A stretch of 7,936 nucleotides of DNA from a virus (taxonomy: Duplodnaviria > Heunggongvirae > Uroviricota > Caudoviricetes). A model generated the notes under the pieces. The model was not told the origin of the DNA, ran no database searches, and worked only from the letters and a program-made list of their open reading frames with translations. Position 1 is the first letter of the stretch, and each line of letters starts with the position of its first letter. Where the stretch lies: the IMG/VR virus record IMGVR_UViG_2734482571_000001; one strand, 5' to 3'. Both the position numbers and the translations under genes were made by a program. Of this stretch, positions 1 to 7,431 are shown piece after piece.

Positions 1-35
1 GAACAGGAGGGACAGCTGATAGAAACAGAAGCCAC
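1..35 (-). CDS. insA: IS1 InsA, 5' partial (first 11 codons; continues beyond the window)
   Basis: GTG start at 35..33 on the minus strand; translation (M)ASVSISCPSC matches the InsA N-terminus from memory. Too short to appear in the ORF track. Confidence 0.75.
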   Translation of the reverse strand, partial: MASVSISCPSC

Positions 36-90
36 TGGAGCACCTCAAAAACACCATCATACACTAAATCAGTAAGTTGGCAGCATCACC
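1..90 (-). mobile_element. IS1 end, partial element running off the left edge (terminal inverted repeat about 68..90)
   Basis: Reverse complement of 1..90 reads GGTGATGCTGCCAACTTACTGATTTAGTGTATGATGG...GTGGCTTCTGTTTCTATCAGCTGTCCCTCCTGTTC, which matches the IS1 terminus and insA start as I recall them. The element boundary is at base 90, 15 bp beyond the stop (106..108) of the adjacent head gene. Confidence 0.85.
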
Positions 91-105
91 TCATTCGTCT
101 GTTCC

Positions 106-612
106 TTAAATCTTCCAGGAAATTTCTGCATTGCCGTCAGCATCACCGGCACCTGTGAATTCAGCGTTGGTCAGCACCACGTTTTTGCCACTGACTGACG
201 TGGACATGAATCCACCCAGCGGCACTTTGATGGATTCATCAGTGGAGACGACAACGTATACCGGATCGCCTTTTTTGATAGTGCTGGCATCAAAATCAGA
301 ACCGAGATTAACGGTCACGTAGCCACGCTTCATGGCGTCGCCCGGGAAGTTCTTGCCTGTTCCCACCTGGCGAACCATGTCCGGCTGCGACGTGGTCGGA
401 TAAGGGCGCACGTAGATCCCCTTCACCTTGTCTGCGGTATCACCATCTGCCAGCGGCACGAAAAAACCGTCATCATCGTATTTACCAGCCAGGCCATAGG
501 CAGCGAAGGCGTTATCGGATTTAAGGACCACCGGTTCGACGGTTAAGTCCTGCGGGCGAGAGACAGCCCCGGCAATGCCAACAGGCATCCGGTACAGAAA
601 TACATTATTCAT
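106..612 (-). CDS. Small phage head protein (168 aa), possibly decoration or capsid-associated; family not assigned
   Basis: Intact ORF with ATG at 612..610, tightly coupled to the upstream gene (minus strand reads TAA AAA ATG); TAA stop at 108..106. Sits where a head module places its decoration or capsid-adjacent gene. Function is inferred from position only. Confidence 0.7.
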   Translation of the reverse strand: MNNVFLYRMPVGIAGAVSRPQDLTVEPVVLKSDNAFAAYGLAGKYDDDGFFVPLADGDTADKVKGIYVRPYPTTSQPDMVRQVGTGKNFPGDAMKRGYVTVNLGSDFDASTIKKGDPVYVVVSTDESIKVPLGGFMSTSVSGKNVVLTNAEFTGAGDADGNAEISWKI

Positions 613-615
613 TTT

Positions 616-1836
616 TTACCCTTTACGGTTTGCCCAGAATTCAGCGTTTTGTTTGTTCAGGGAAGCGATACTGGTCATGCCCATGTTTAGGCGCTGTGCA
701 TCGCCGGTGGTGGCGCGGGTGTTTCGCCCTTTGGCAACCTCAGACACGGCATTAAACGCCATGTCGACCGATTGTTTCGGTAATTTGCGGATATCCGCAT
801 CACCGACTATCTGGCGAACCAGCGTTTTGTCAGCAGAAGCCAGAACCTCGCGTTTGAACGCGGTCGGTTTCATCTTACGGCTCAGATCGATACCCGGAAC
901 GATAACTTCGGCACGCCAGGCTGAGTCACCAGTAATCGTGGTTTCCTCTTCATCGTCCTCGCCGTCACCGGTCGGATTATCGTCAGGCTTATTATCGTTA
1001 TCGCCCGTGGCATTTCTTTCCAGCTTAGCCAGCAGGGCTTTCAGTAATGTTTTGAGGTCATCATCACTGTCGCCGGTTGGATCTCCGCCCATCTCTGGTG
1101 CTTTGTCCGGTAGTGGTTGCTGCGGGGACAGGTTGATGTTGAGATTAACGCCCTGCGGCAAATCCCCCTCATCTCCTGTAACCGATGCGGGAGCCGACTC
1201 CACCAGTTCGTTCATGGTGTCGGCATCTCCTGTCTTGATGGCCGCACGCATGCGGTTCCACCAGTTTTTCTTTTGATTTGCCATTGTGTCTCTGTCTCCA
1301 ATTGCACAACGATTTCCGGCTCTGCCTTTAGGGACAAGAGCCACATGGTTTCCGGTAATATCGACCTGCTCGGCTTTACCTGGCTCGGTCTGCTCGTACT
1401 CCGCGTCATAGCCGCACGACACTTCGCGCAGGCCATCTTCGATAAGCTGAATGGCGCTTTCGTCTTTGACGATAAGGTCAGCCAGCATCAAATCAGACTG
1501 CTCACCCGTCCCGCGCCGGACATTCTGGAGGTGCCCGACAGCAAGCTCTTTCCAGTTCTCGGGATTTACCAGCCGCACATTCCCGTTTTCATCTTCAGGA
1601 TGCAGGATCGTGATGCTCATCCCTTCGAATGAGGCAAGCGTGGCCGGATGGAATACCTGCTCAGGAGAACGCGTGACGACTATTTCACCGAACTTATCGG
1701 GTTTCAGTTTTGGCAGGTCATCAGCACCATAGAGCTGCTTACCTGTTCGTCCTATCGGCACGTCTTTGCACAGCAACGAGCCGTCAGCCAGGCGGTATCG
1801 GGTTTCCCCGAGCCTGGTCTCAAAAAAGTATTTCAT
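616..1836 (-). CDS. Head scaffolding / capsid-assembly protein candidate (406 aa), possibly DUF2213-like
   Basis: Intact ORF with ATG at 1836..1834, 3 nt after the MuF-like stop (TAA CCC ATG). Contains a long acidic low-complexity segment (DNDNKPDDNPTGDGEDDEEETT) as often seen in scaffold proteins. Position between the MuF-like gene and the small head protein gene supports a head-assembly role. The DUF2213 label is from memory and unverified. Confidence 0.75.
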   Translation of the reverse strand: MKYFFETRLGETRYRLADGSLLCKDVPIGRTGKQLYGADDLPKLKPDKFGEIVVTRSPEQVFHPATLASFEGMSITILHPEDENGNVRLVNPENWKELAVGHLQNVRRGTGEQSDLMLADLIVKDESAIQLIEDGLREVSCGYDAEYEQTEPGKAEQVDITGNHVALVPKGRAGNRCAIGDRDTMANQKKNWWNRMRAAIKTGDADTMNELVESAPASVTGDEGDLPQGVNLNINLSPQQPLPDKAPEMGGDPTGDSDDDLKTLLKALLAKLERNATGDNDNKPDDNPTGDGEDDEEETTITGDSAWRAEVIVPGIDLSRKMKPTAFKREVLASADKTLVRQIVGDADIRKLPKQSVDMAFNAVSEVAKGRNTRATTGDAQRLNMGMTSIASLNKQNAEFWANRKG

Positions 1837-1839
1837 GGG

Positions 1840-2622
1840 TTATGCTGCCCTTTTCATTGCGAATGGAACGCGAACAAACACGATCTCTTTATAGCAGCGG
1901 CAGTTTGGCAGCTCGCCCGCGTGGCCGGTCATGCCGTCCAAAGTTGGAGGTGAATCCCAGCGGACGAATTTACCTTTCATGTGATCGTGGGAATCTCGGA
2001 CATCGCCATCATCGGCTGTACGCCAAATATAACCATCCGAGCCAATAGCTATCGCTCGGGCCATATCCAGCGCGCCCGTTGCTCTTCCCAGTTCCGTTCG
2101 GGCAATCAGATCGGCCCTAGACTTAGCAACATCGCCGGTAGATGCAATCTCTTTAGCAAACTGCTCCGCCCGACCACCGGTGACAACAGCCTCTATCGCT
2201 TTGTTCTGGATGTCGTACACCCTGTCTGCGGCCTCGAGAGGCAGAGATTTGATGTACTTGACCTGTTCGGCGATGATGGATTGCATCACCTGGCCCACAG
2301 GAGCGCTTTCCACAAGATTGCGGAGCTCGCGACTGATGTTCTTGCTGTGTTGCCGCCAAACTTTCTCGTTCTGCCGGGTTAGGTCCGCAGTAAAGTTTTC
2401 CGCGACCTTTGTCGCCCAGGGGGTGATGATTTCACTGTAACGCTCCAGCGCCGCAATAATTTCCGTGATACTGTCATTTGAACCATCGTAGCGACCATTT
2501 ACGATGTCTCCGACCGCCCTCGCTATCCTGCGTAGGCTGGTTCGATACCGGATTTCCGCCTGACGGCTCCTGCGGTTCGTCATCAGGTTCGCCGATGCCG
2601 GGCGGCGCTTCATCTTCGGCAT
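1840..2622 (-). CDS. Head morphogenesis protein, Mu F-like / SPP1 gp7 family (260 aa)
   Basis: C-terminal region RTADDGDVRDSHDHMKGKF...GELPNCRC has the hallmark R-x-SH...NCRC signature of MuF-type minor head proteins, and the gene lies directly after the portal as in SPP1-like modules. ATG at 2622 has a GAGGA Shine-Dalgarno-like sequence about 11 nt upstream. Overlaps the portal 3' end by 149 nt in another frame, so the true start is uncertain. Confidence 0.85.
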   Translation of the reverse strand: MPKMKRRPASANLMTNRRSRQAEIRYRTSLRRIARAVGDIVNGRYDGSNDSITEIIAALERYSEIITPWATKVAENFTADLTRQNEKVWRQHSKNISRELRNLVESAPVGQVMQSIIAEQVKYIKSLPLEAADRVYDIQNKAIEAVVTGGRAEQFAKEIASTGDVAKSRADLIARTELGRATGALDMARAIAIGSDGYIWRTADDGDVRDSHDHMKGKFVRWDSPPTLDGMTGHAGELPNCRCYKEIVFVRVPFAMKRAA

Positions 2623-3556
2623 TCTCGATGTCCTCGTCGGTAATGGATGCCCCGATGCCGGTTACGTCAGAATTTTCTCGCAAATCAGTCATAGCGGCTT
2701 TCAGTGTCATCAGACCATCACCCAGCGCCGTACTGATTGCGTTGGTGGTGTTTAACGCCACCGTTGAGCGATCGACATCAGACATTTGCCAGAGCGGGTT
2801 AAACTCAAACGTGAAATCGTCCGGCAGCGGCTTGCCAAGTTCCGAACGATGCATGATGTCCAGTATCCGCCGCACCGGAAGACGTAAACGCCTCTCCTGC
2901 AACGAACTGATGCGATCGTAATAGTTGGCAAGGTCTGCATCACCGGTAGAAAATCCTTTCGGGGACTGTCCGAACAACCGCACCAGTGGGATACCAACAG
3001 CGCCACTAATCTGTTCTACAAACTGCGAAAGGATGTCATCCAGACCACTGAAGCTGTACTGATGGGTTTCAAACTTATCCCGCGAGTCCATGAGCGTCAT
3101 GCCTTCATTACTCTGGAACTGTCGAATCAGGTCGATATTCTTCAGCAACGCTTCATACGCAGGACCACCAAGTGCGATAAGCTCGCGTAGCTTCTCCACG
3201 CTGTAGGTACGCAAATGCGCCTTGTAGACCAGCTGCGCCGCGCCGACAGTAGCGCTGTCGAACGCGGTAAGACGATCCCAGATACGCTCTACAACCGACA
3301 TTCCCCATTCGTTCTCGGTCATCTTCTGCTGAAATGGCAACGTGACGCCATCAAAGCGAATCAGGCGACTGTGATGAATGCGCCAGGCAGGAATTCCCGT
3401 TGCTGTGGTCACCACATCGTAAAACTCAGGTTTACCCAGGTCCGGCCCCATATCTTTAATGCGGCGGGTCAGTGCCGGGTCGACCATCCAGCGGTCGAGC
3501 GGGAGAATCCCCTTAAACTTGCCCTTACCGATGGTTTCGGGTCGCAGCGGGGTCAT
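2474..3556 (-). CDS. Portal protein, SPP1 gp6-like; longest uninterrupted ORF (C-terminal 360 codons of a 489-codon frame)
   Basis: Lies between large terminase and the MuF-like gene, with an acidic disordered C-terminal tail (EDEAPPGIGEPDDEPQEP) typical of portals. The ATG at 3556 has a GAGGGG Shine-Dalgarno-like sequence 9 nt upstream. The same frame continues upstream to 3940 but contains two TAG codons (see next feature). Confidence 0.75.
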   Translation of the reverse strand: MTPLRPETIGKGKFKGILPLDRWMVDPALTRRIKDMGPDLGKPEFYDVVTTATGIPAWRIHHSRLIRFDGVTLPFQQKMTENEWGMSVVERIWDRLTAFDSATVGAAQLVYKAHLRTYSVEKLRELIALGGPAYEALLKNIDLIRQFQSNEGMTLMDSRDKFETHQYSFSGLDDILSQFVEQISGAVGIPLVRLFGQSPKGFSTGDADLANYYDRISSLQERRLRLPVRRILDIMHRSELGKPLPDDFTFEFNPLWQMSDVDRSTVALNTTNAISTALGDGLMTLKAAMTDLRENSDVTGIGASITDEDIENAEDEAPPGIGEPDDEPQEPSGGNPVSNQPTQDSEGGRRHRKWSLRWFK

Positions 3557-3940
3557 TGGTGCCTACCCCTCAATCATGATGAAACCCACCGCGCCGCCGT
3601 AGAGGCGCGACCATTTCAGCACGTCATTCAGCGCATCCCAGATTTGCAACTCATCCAGTTGTGATTCGAGAATGCCACGATCTTTTGCATCAATTTCCGA
3701 AGTGATGCGAATGCCTTTGCGGGTCATATCATCCGGGATAGCATCGACTGCTTCGCCGATGATCTAGGATGAACGATAGGACCATTCCACCAGCATGCGG
3801 TTACGACTGGTGAAATTAGCCCGGTAGGTGGATGCTGAGTGCTGGTTAGGTGTCTGCATCCCTACGCGGGCAATAAAATTCTCATAACCATCAGCTGTGG
3901 CCTGCACAGTTCGCCGCAGGGCTTGTTTGTTTCGTGCCAT
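3557..3940 (-). pseudogene. Portal gene 5' region interrupted by two in-frame TAG (amber) codons
   Basis: The minus-strand frame starts at ATG 3940..3938, overlapping the large-terminase stop (TGATG). It translates as MARNKQALRRTVQATADGYENFIARVGMQTPNQHSASTYRANFTSRNRMLVEWSYRSS-TAG-IIGEAVDAIPDDMTRKGIRITSEIDAKDRGILESQLDELQIWDALNDVLKWSRLYGGAVGFIMIEG-TAG-AP-MTPL... The TAG codons are at 3766..3764 and 3565..3563, both in frame with the downstream 360-codon ORF. Confidence 0.7.
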
Positions 3941-5343
3941 CAGGCCTGTCTCCCCAGCTGTTCCCAGATATCCAGCGATGTATCGATTGGCGCGAAGGCC
4001 ATAATGAATGCATCAGCAACGTTTGGTGACGGTATCTCGCGTTTTGCGAGGTCTTTTTTACTTTCGACCATCACACGTCCGTTACGGTCGAAATCACGAT
4101 GAGGTGTTGTCAGTTCCAGTTTCAGCTTTTCAAGCAACGGACAACGAGAATCTATGCTGATCAGCTCATCCACAGGATACTGTTCTCCGTTGTTAATGGC
4201 GTTAAACGTATTTCTGAAACGGTCAGCCACCAGCCACCATGCCTGAGCCTTAAGATTTGCGAAAAAGTCTTTGTTGGGGATGCCGTTGTACTCGTCATCT
4301 GGCTCATGCACACCAGCACCGGCGTTAAACCTCTGGTAATTCACACGTCGCGCGTATGCGTTCTCGCTCTTCCGGTCAGCGTTAATTTCAGAGAATTTAG
4401 CACCGGCAGACGCACCAACACCGATAGAGTCGTAAACAATATCTGCTTCACGCTCCAGCGCCGCCTGATAAGTACGCTGGCAGCTCTTCAGTAATTCATC
4501 TTCTTTGGCCTTCCATTCGTCGGCCCAGAAAACAACGGATCCGTGACGGTAAACGTTAGCGCACTTATCTGTACCACTGTCAGCCACGTCAAAGCCAATA
4601 CGCTTTCTTCCACTGGGTTCGAAATTTAACGTTTTGTGCGCATCCACTGCGGCTTCTATCCAAGACAGTTTGATGATTGCCGCATCATCATCAGACTCCG
4701 GAACGCCCTCATACACATGTTTAAAACCATCCGGATCACGGCGTCGCGCCGCGTCGATAACCTTAAGCATGGTGTCAGACAGAAACGGATTTTCGTCATA
4801 GTTAATTTTGCGGATGAGAGTGCCTTCGGGCGGATCAACAACGAAGTTGCGCCAGACGAAATCAGTAACAAGTCCGGGGTTGAATATGAACCAGCATTCC
4901 GAACCCTCTTTACGGATCGTTGGCTCCAGAATTTTCCACTGGTATTCCGTCAGTGCGTGGGCTTCTTCCAGCCACAACACATCGATCCCCTCCAGTGACT
5001 TAATTTCTTCGATGTTGCGCCATAATCCATAAAAAACAAATTCCGAGCCAGTAACCCGGTTAATGATTTTGTTGTTCAGAATACGGAAACGGTGCCGCAG
5101 ACCAAACCTGTCTATCTGAATTTTGAGCAGGGTATACACCGACTCTTCGATTTTATTCTGGATCTGACGGGCACAACAAAAACGCAGGGTGTATTTATTC
5201 GACAGAAATATGGCAATGCCAGCGGCATCCCATGATTTTGACGATGACCGACCACCATAAAGCACTTTGTTACGTGCCCGCATAGTCCAGAAACTACGTA
5301 AAGCCGGATTCAGCGTCGGTTTGGATGTCAGAGTAGAAGTCAT
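3940..5343 (-). CDS. Terminase large subunit, PBSX / Terminase_3-type
   Basis: Walker A-like motif KVLYGGRSSSKSWD near the N-terminus and conserved ATPase/nuclease-type body; TGA stop at 3942..3940. The ORF is open up to 5451, but the first 36 codons look non-protein-like; I chose the ATG at 5343 (MTSTLTSKPTLNPAL..., GGAG upstream). In-frame starts at 5361, 5382 or 5451 cannot be excluded. Confidence 0.85.
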   Translation of the reverse strand: MTSTLTSKPTLNPALRSFWTMRARNKVLYGGRSSSKSWDAAGIAIFLSNKYTLRFCCARQIQNKIEESVYTLLKIQIDRFGLRHRFRILNNKIINRVTGSEFVFYGLWRNIEEIKSLEGIDVLWLEEAHALTEYQWKILEPTIRKEGSECWFIFNPGLVTDFVWRNFVVDPPEGTLIRKINYDENPFLSDTMLKVIDAARRRDPDGFKHVYEGVPESDDDAAIIKLSWIEAAVDAHKTLNFEPSGRKRIGFDVADSGTDKCANVYRHGSVVFWADEWKAKEDELLKSCQRTYQAALEREADIVYDSIGVGASAGAKFSEINADRKSENAYARRVNYQRFNAGAGVHEPDDEYNGIPNKDFFANLKAQAWWLVADRFRNTFNAINNGEQYPVDELISIDSRCPLLEKLKLELTTPHRDFDRNGRVMVESKKDLAKREIPSPNVADAFIMAFAPIDTSLDIWEQLGRQA

Positions 5344-6058
5344 TGAGGTCACGCTCTCCATTGCCATCATCAATACCTGCATCACGGCGAAGACGATCAG
5401 CCTCCAGAGACACCTTATCAGTGGCGGCCTTGCGGTAGGCTGTATCAGCAAATATTTTTCCTACCGTCGCAAGCGTGCCAACGATGGACTCAATACGAAC
5501 TGTATTGCGCATCATTGCTTTCTCGGCGGCGCTGATATTTTCAATCAGCATCTTCCTTTCCTGGTCCCCATTAGCATCTTCCAGCGACACCAACCACCGA
5601 CCAATATTCTCTGCAGCGACAAGGTTGTTAGCACGAAGGCGAAATAATTCGTCCTCGAGCGTCAACGCTTTAGCGTCCTCTATCACCTCATCTTTGAGCA
5701 GAAGGCGACGGGCATAACCACCGTGTTTTAATGCCTGCTGGTTACCGGGTTGGAATGGGTTAGTCGGGGGATCGGTACGCATTCCGCGTATCGGTTTCGT
5801 ATCCGGTGTAGATTCTGTTTTTAGTTGCGTACTTTTTTGTGTAAGGCCAGTAATGGCAGGCTTTCTGCTGGTACGCACTTTCCTTTTTTGCGTACCATTT
5901 TTGCAAACCTGCGTACCGCCACTGCGTGCCCAACCAAGCTTTTTGGCCCTCTTCCTGATAGCCCCTTCTGTAACGCCGTATTTCTCGCCTATATCACGGA
6001 GGCTAAGGACTCCGGCCCGGTATGCCGATTCGATGGCCTCCCAGTCCGGTTTTGCCAT
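5294..6058 (-). CDS. Terminase small subunit with N-terminal helix-turn-helix (254 aa)
   Basis: N-terminal HTH-like segment (YRAGVLSLRDIGEKYGVTEGAIRKRAKKLGW) and the PGNQQALKHGGYARR motif typical of phage small terminases. ATG at 6058 with AGGAAG 9 nt upstream; TAG stop at 5296..5294. Lies immediately upstream of the large terminase on the same strand. Confidence 0.8.
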   Translation of the reverse strand: MAKPDWEAIESAYRAGVLSLRDIGEKYGVTEGAIRKRAKKLGWARSGGTQVCKNGTQKRKVRTSRKPAITGLTQKSTQLKTESTPDTKPIRGMRTDPPTNPFQPGNQQALKHGGYARRLLLKDEVIEDAKALTLEDELFRLRANNLVAAENIGRWLVSLEDANGDQERKMLIENISAAEKAMMRNTVRIESIVGTLATVGKIFADTAYRKAATDKVSLEADRLRRDAGIDDGNGERDLNDFYSDIQTDAESGFT

Positions 6059-6255
6059 GATTATGCTTCCTGTGATTTACTGTTATCGCTGCCTGTCACA
6101 ATAGGTTGCTTTAATTCTTCCTCATCACTCACTCCTGCGACGCTCCGTGGCAGGGCCCCCCACAGGAGTACCTTGTAAATGTAAGGTGTTTAAGCCTAAA
6201 TTAAGTCGTATCACGGTTAAATAGCAAAGAAAAATTCACAGAAGGAAAGACATTG

Positions 6256-6765
6256 ATGGAGTGGATAAATGCTTTGATGAACTATTTTGTACTTCATCCA
6301 TATCGCCTATGGGGGCTTCTTTTTATAATAGCGTTCACAAAATCCACTTTACTCATTTCGGCGATATTGCCACCAGCATCAATTATGATGGCCACTGTAA
6401 TTACAGTCAGCAAGACGACTCTTTCACCATGGGAAGCTGGAATCACGGTCATGAGTGGCGCATGGTGCGGTACTATCGTTAATTACCATCTTGGTATAAT
6501 AATTGGGCATATCCCTCAACTTGCATGTATAATATCAAGCCGTTCCAATACAATAGAACGGGTTCGCCTTCAGTTGCAAAATAACTCTGTGTCAATACTT
6601 TTCACTTCGCGCTTTATCGCCGTGCTGCGTTATATTGCTCCTTTGGTGGCAGGAATGTTGCAACTTCATCCAGTGAAAGTGTATACAGTGAGTCTGATTT
6701 CAGCTGCTAGCTGGTCAGCACTTTATGTTGGTAGTTTTAGCTTCGTGTTGCCTTTTTTTAGCTAA
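6256..6765 (+). CDS. DedA/YqaA-like (VTT / SNARE-associated domain) inner-membrane protein, moron gene (169 aa)
   Basis: Only convincing plus-strand gene in the window. ATG at 6256 is preceded by GAAGGAAAG (AGGA 9 nt upstream); the ORF track starts it at a TTG at 6253. Multiple hydrophobic segments. The motif SRFIAVLRYIAPLVAGM matches the DedA-family signature RF-I-P-x-LR-x-x-x-P-x-x-AG, and GAWCGTIVNYHLGIIIG resembles the glycine-rich DedA motif. Visibly AT-rich compared with the flanking phage genes. Confidence 0.75.
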   Translation: MEWINALMNYFVLHPYRLWGLLFIIAFTKSTLLISAILPPASIMMATVITVSKTTLSPWEAGITVMSGAWCGTIVNYHLGIIIGHIPQLACIISSRSNTIERVRLQLQNNSVSILFTSRFIAVLRYIAPLVAGMLQLHPVKVYTVSLISAASWSALYVGSFSFVLPFFS

Positions 6766-6853
6766 ACTGCCCATAAAAAGCTCTTGCGAATCCAGCTTCC
6801 CCCATTCCTCTGACAACAGAATCTGATTTGAAGGATAATGAGTAAAATTACCG

Positions 6854-7324
6854 CTACCCCCCAAGGCATTGGATCCTGATGTACTCCTGAAGCATTCTCA
6901 ATGCTGTCTGGTCGCTGATGATTCCGTCCCGGATACCGAGAACGTTTCGTCCAGCAACTGGAGAGAGTTCGACGGTGGCATCATTGCCCATGCCGGAGGC
7001 GCTGGAGGTTTCGGCTGAGGATGGCACAGGGCATTTTCCTTTGACGAGCACCCGACCACCATTATCAAGCTTGCGCCGAAGAGCATCATTTTCAGCTTTC
7101 GCATCAGCTAACTCCTTCGTGTATTTAGCATCGAGTGCATCAGCATCACGCTGGCGCTGCTGCATGTCAGTAATGGTTGCGTTCGCCAGCTTCAGTTCTC
7201 TTGCGTTTTTGTCGCGCTGCTCTTTGTAGGTAATGGCGTTATCACGGTAATGATTAACAGCCCATGACAGGCAGACGATGATGCAGATAACCAGAGCGGA
7301 GATAATCGCGGTGACTCTGCTCAT
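6854..7324 (-). CDS. Rz: Rz i-spanin (inner-membrane spanin subunit)
   Basis: Translation from ATG 7324..7322 ([34 protein letters not shown]...[13 protein letters not shown]) is near-identical over about 85 residues to lambda Rz as I recall it, with a C-terminal Cys. TAG stop at 6856..6854. The start overlaps the endolysin stop (ATGA). The ORF track extends to a GTG at 7336. Confidence 0.9.
   Translation of the reverse strand: MSRVTAIISALVICIIVCLSWAVNHYRDNAITYKEQRDKNARELKLANATITDMQQRQRDADALDAKYTKELADAKAENDALRRKLDNGGRVLVKGKCPVPSSAETSSASGMGNDATVELSPVAGRNVLGIRDGIISDQTALRMLQEYIRIQCLGG
6898..7104 (-). CDS. Rz1: Rz1 o-spanin (outer-membrane lipoprotein), embedded in Rz in the +1 frame
   Basis: 68-codon ORF entirely inside Rz in another frame; lipobox-like MVVGC followed by the proline-rich [11 protein letters not shown], the hallmark of Rz1. 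ATG at 7104..7102. Confidence 0.8.
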   Translation of the reverse strand: MRKLKMMLFGASLIMVVGCSSKENALCHPQPKPPAPPAWAMMPPSNSLQLLDETFSVSGTESSATRQH

Positions 7325-7431
7325 TGCTGCCCCCACAAACAGACTTCACGCTCAATCTCACGACGGGTCATCAGCCCTTTCCATTGCTTACCGCCAGCAT
7401 ATGTCCAGCGACGTAGCTGATCACATGCGCC
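7321..7431 (-). pseudogene. Endolysin (phage 21 R / RrrD-like SAR lysozyme) 3' fragment
   Basis: The minus-strand frame ending at TGA 7323..7321 translates as ...[36 protein letters not shown], matching the C-terminus of lambdoid GH24 SAR endolysins as I recall them. The frame has stops just upstream (7461..7459, 7476..7474), and homology ends at about 7431 where IS21-like sequence begins. Confidence 0.7.

Noticed and set aside
3557-3940. Treating the portal TAG codons as evidence of an alternative genetic code or programmed readthrough
   Set aside because: TAG is the genuine stop of the small terminase gene (5296..5294) in the same operon, so genome-wide reassignment is unlikely; nonsense mutation or suppressor-host propagation is more parsimonious.
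575-6178. Many plus-strand ORFs from the six-frame track lying antisense to the head and packaging genes (for example 575..1276, 1117..1632, 1710..2048, 1981..2382, 2478..2921, 3215..3664, 4099..4494, 4636..4998, 5267..5647, 5825..6178)
   Set aside because: All lie opposite clearly coding minus-strand genes, have low-complexity or Ser/Arg/Cys-rich translations, and lack recognisable motifs or ribosome-binding sites; they are shadow ORFs.
6261-6482. 73-aa plus-strand ORF overlapping the DedA-like gene in another frame
   Set aside because: Fully embedded in the better-supported 169-aa membrane protein gene and shows no features of its own.
6766-6853. Possible intrinsic terminator between the convergent moron and Rz genes (AAGCT...AGCTT at 6778..6798 next to an A/T run)
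   Set aside because: The stem is only 5 bp with an 11-nt loop; too weak to call a terminator without a folding calculation.
6918-7229. 103-aa plus-strand ORF antisense to Rz/Rz1
   Set aside because: Ser/Ala-rich shadow of the Rz gene; Rz and Rz1 are both supported by homology on the minus strand.
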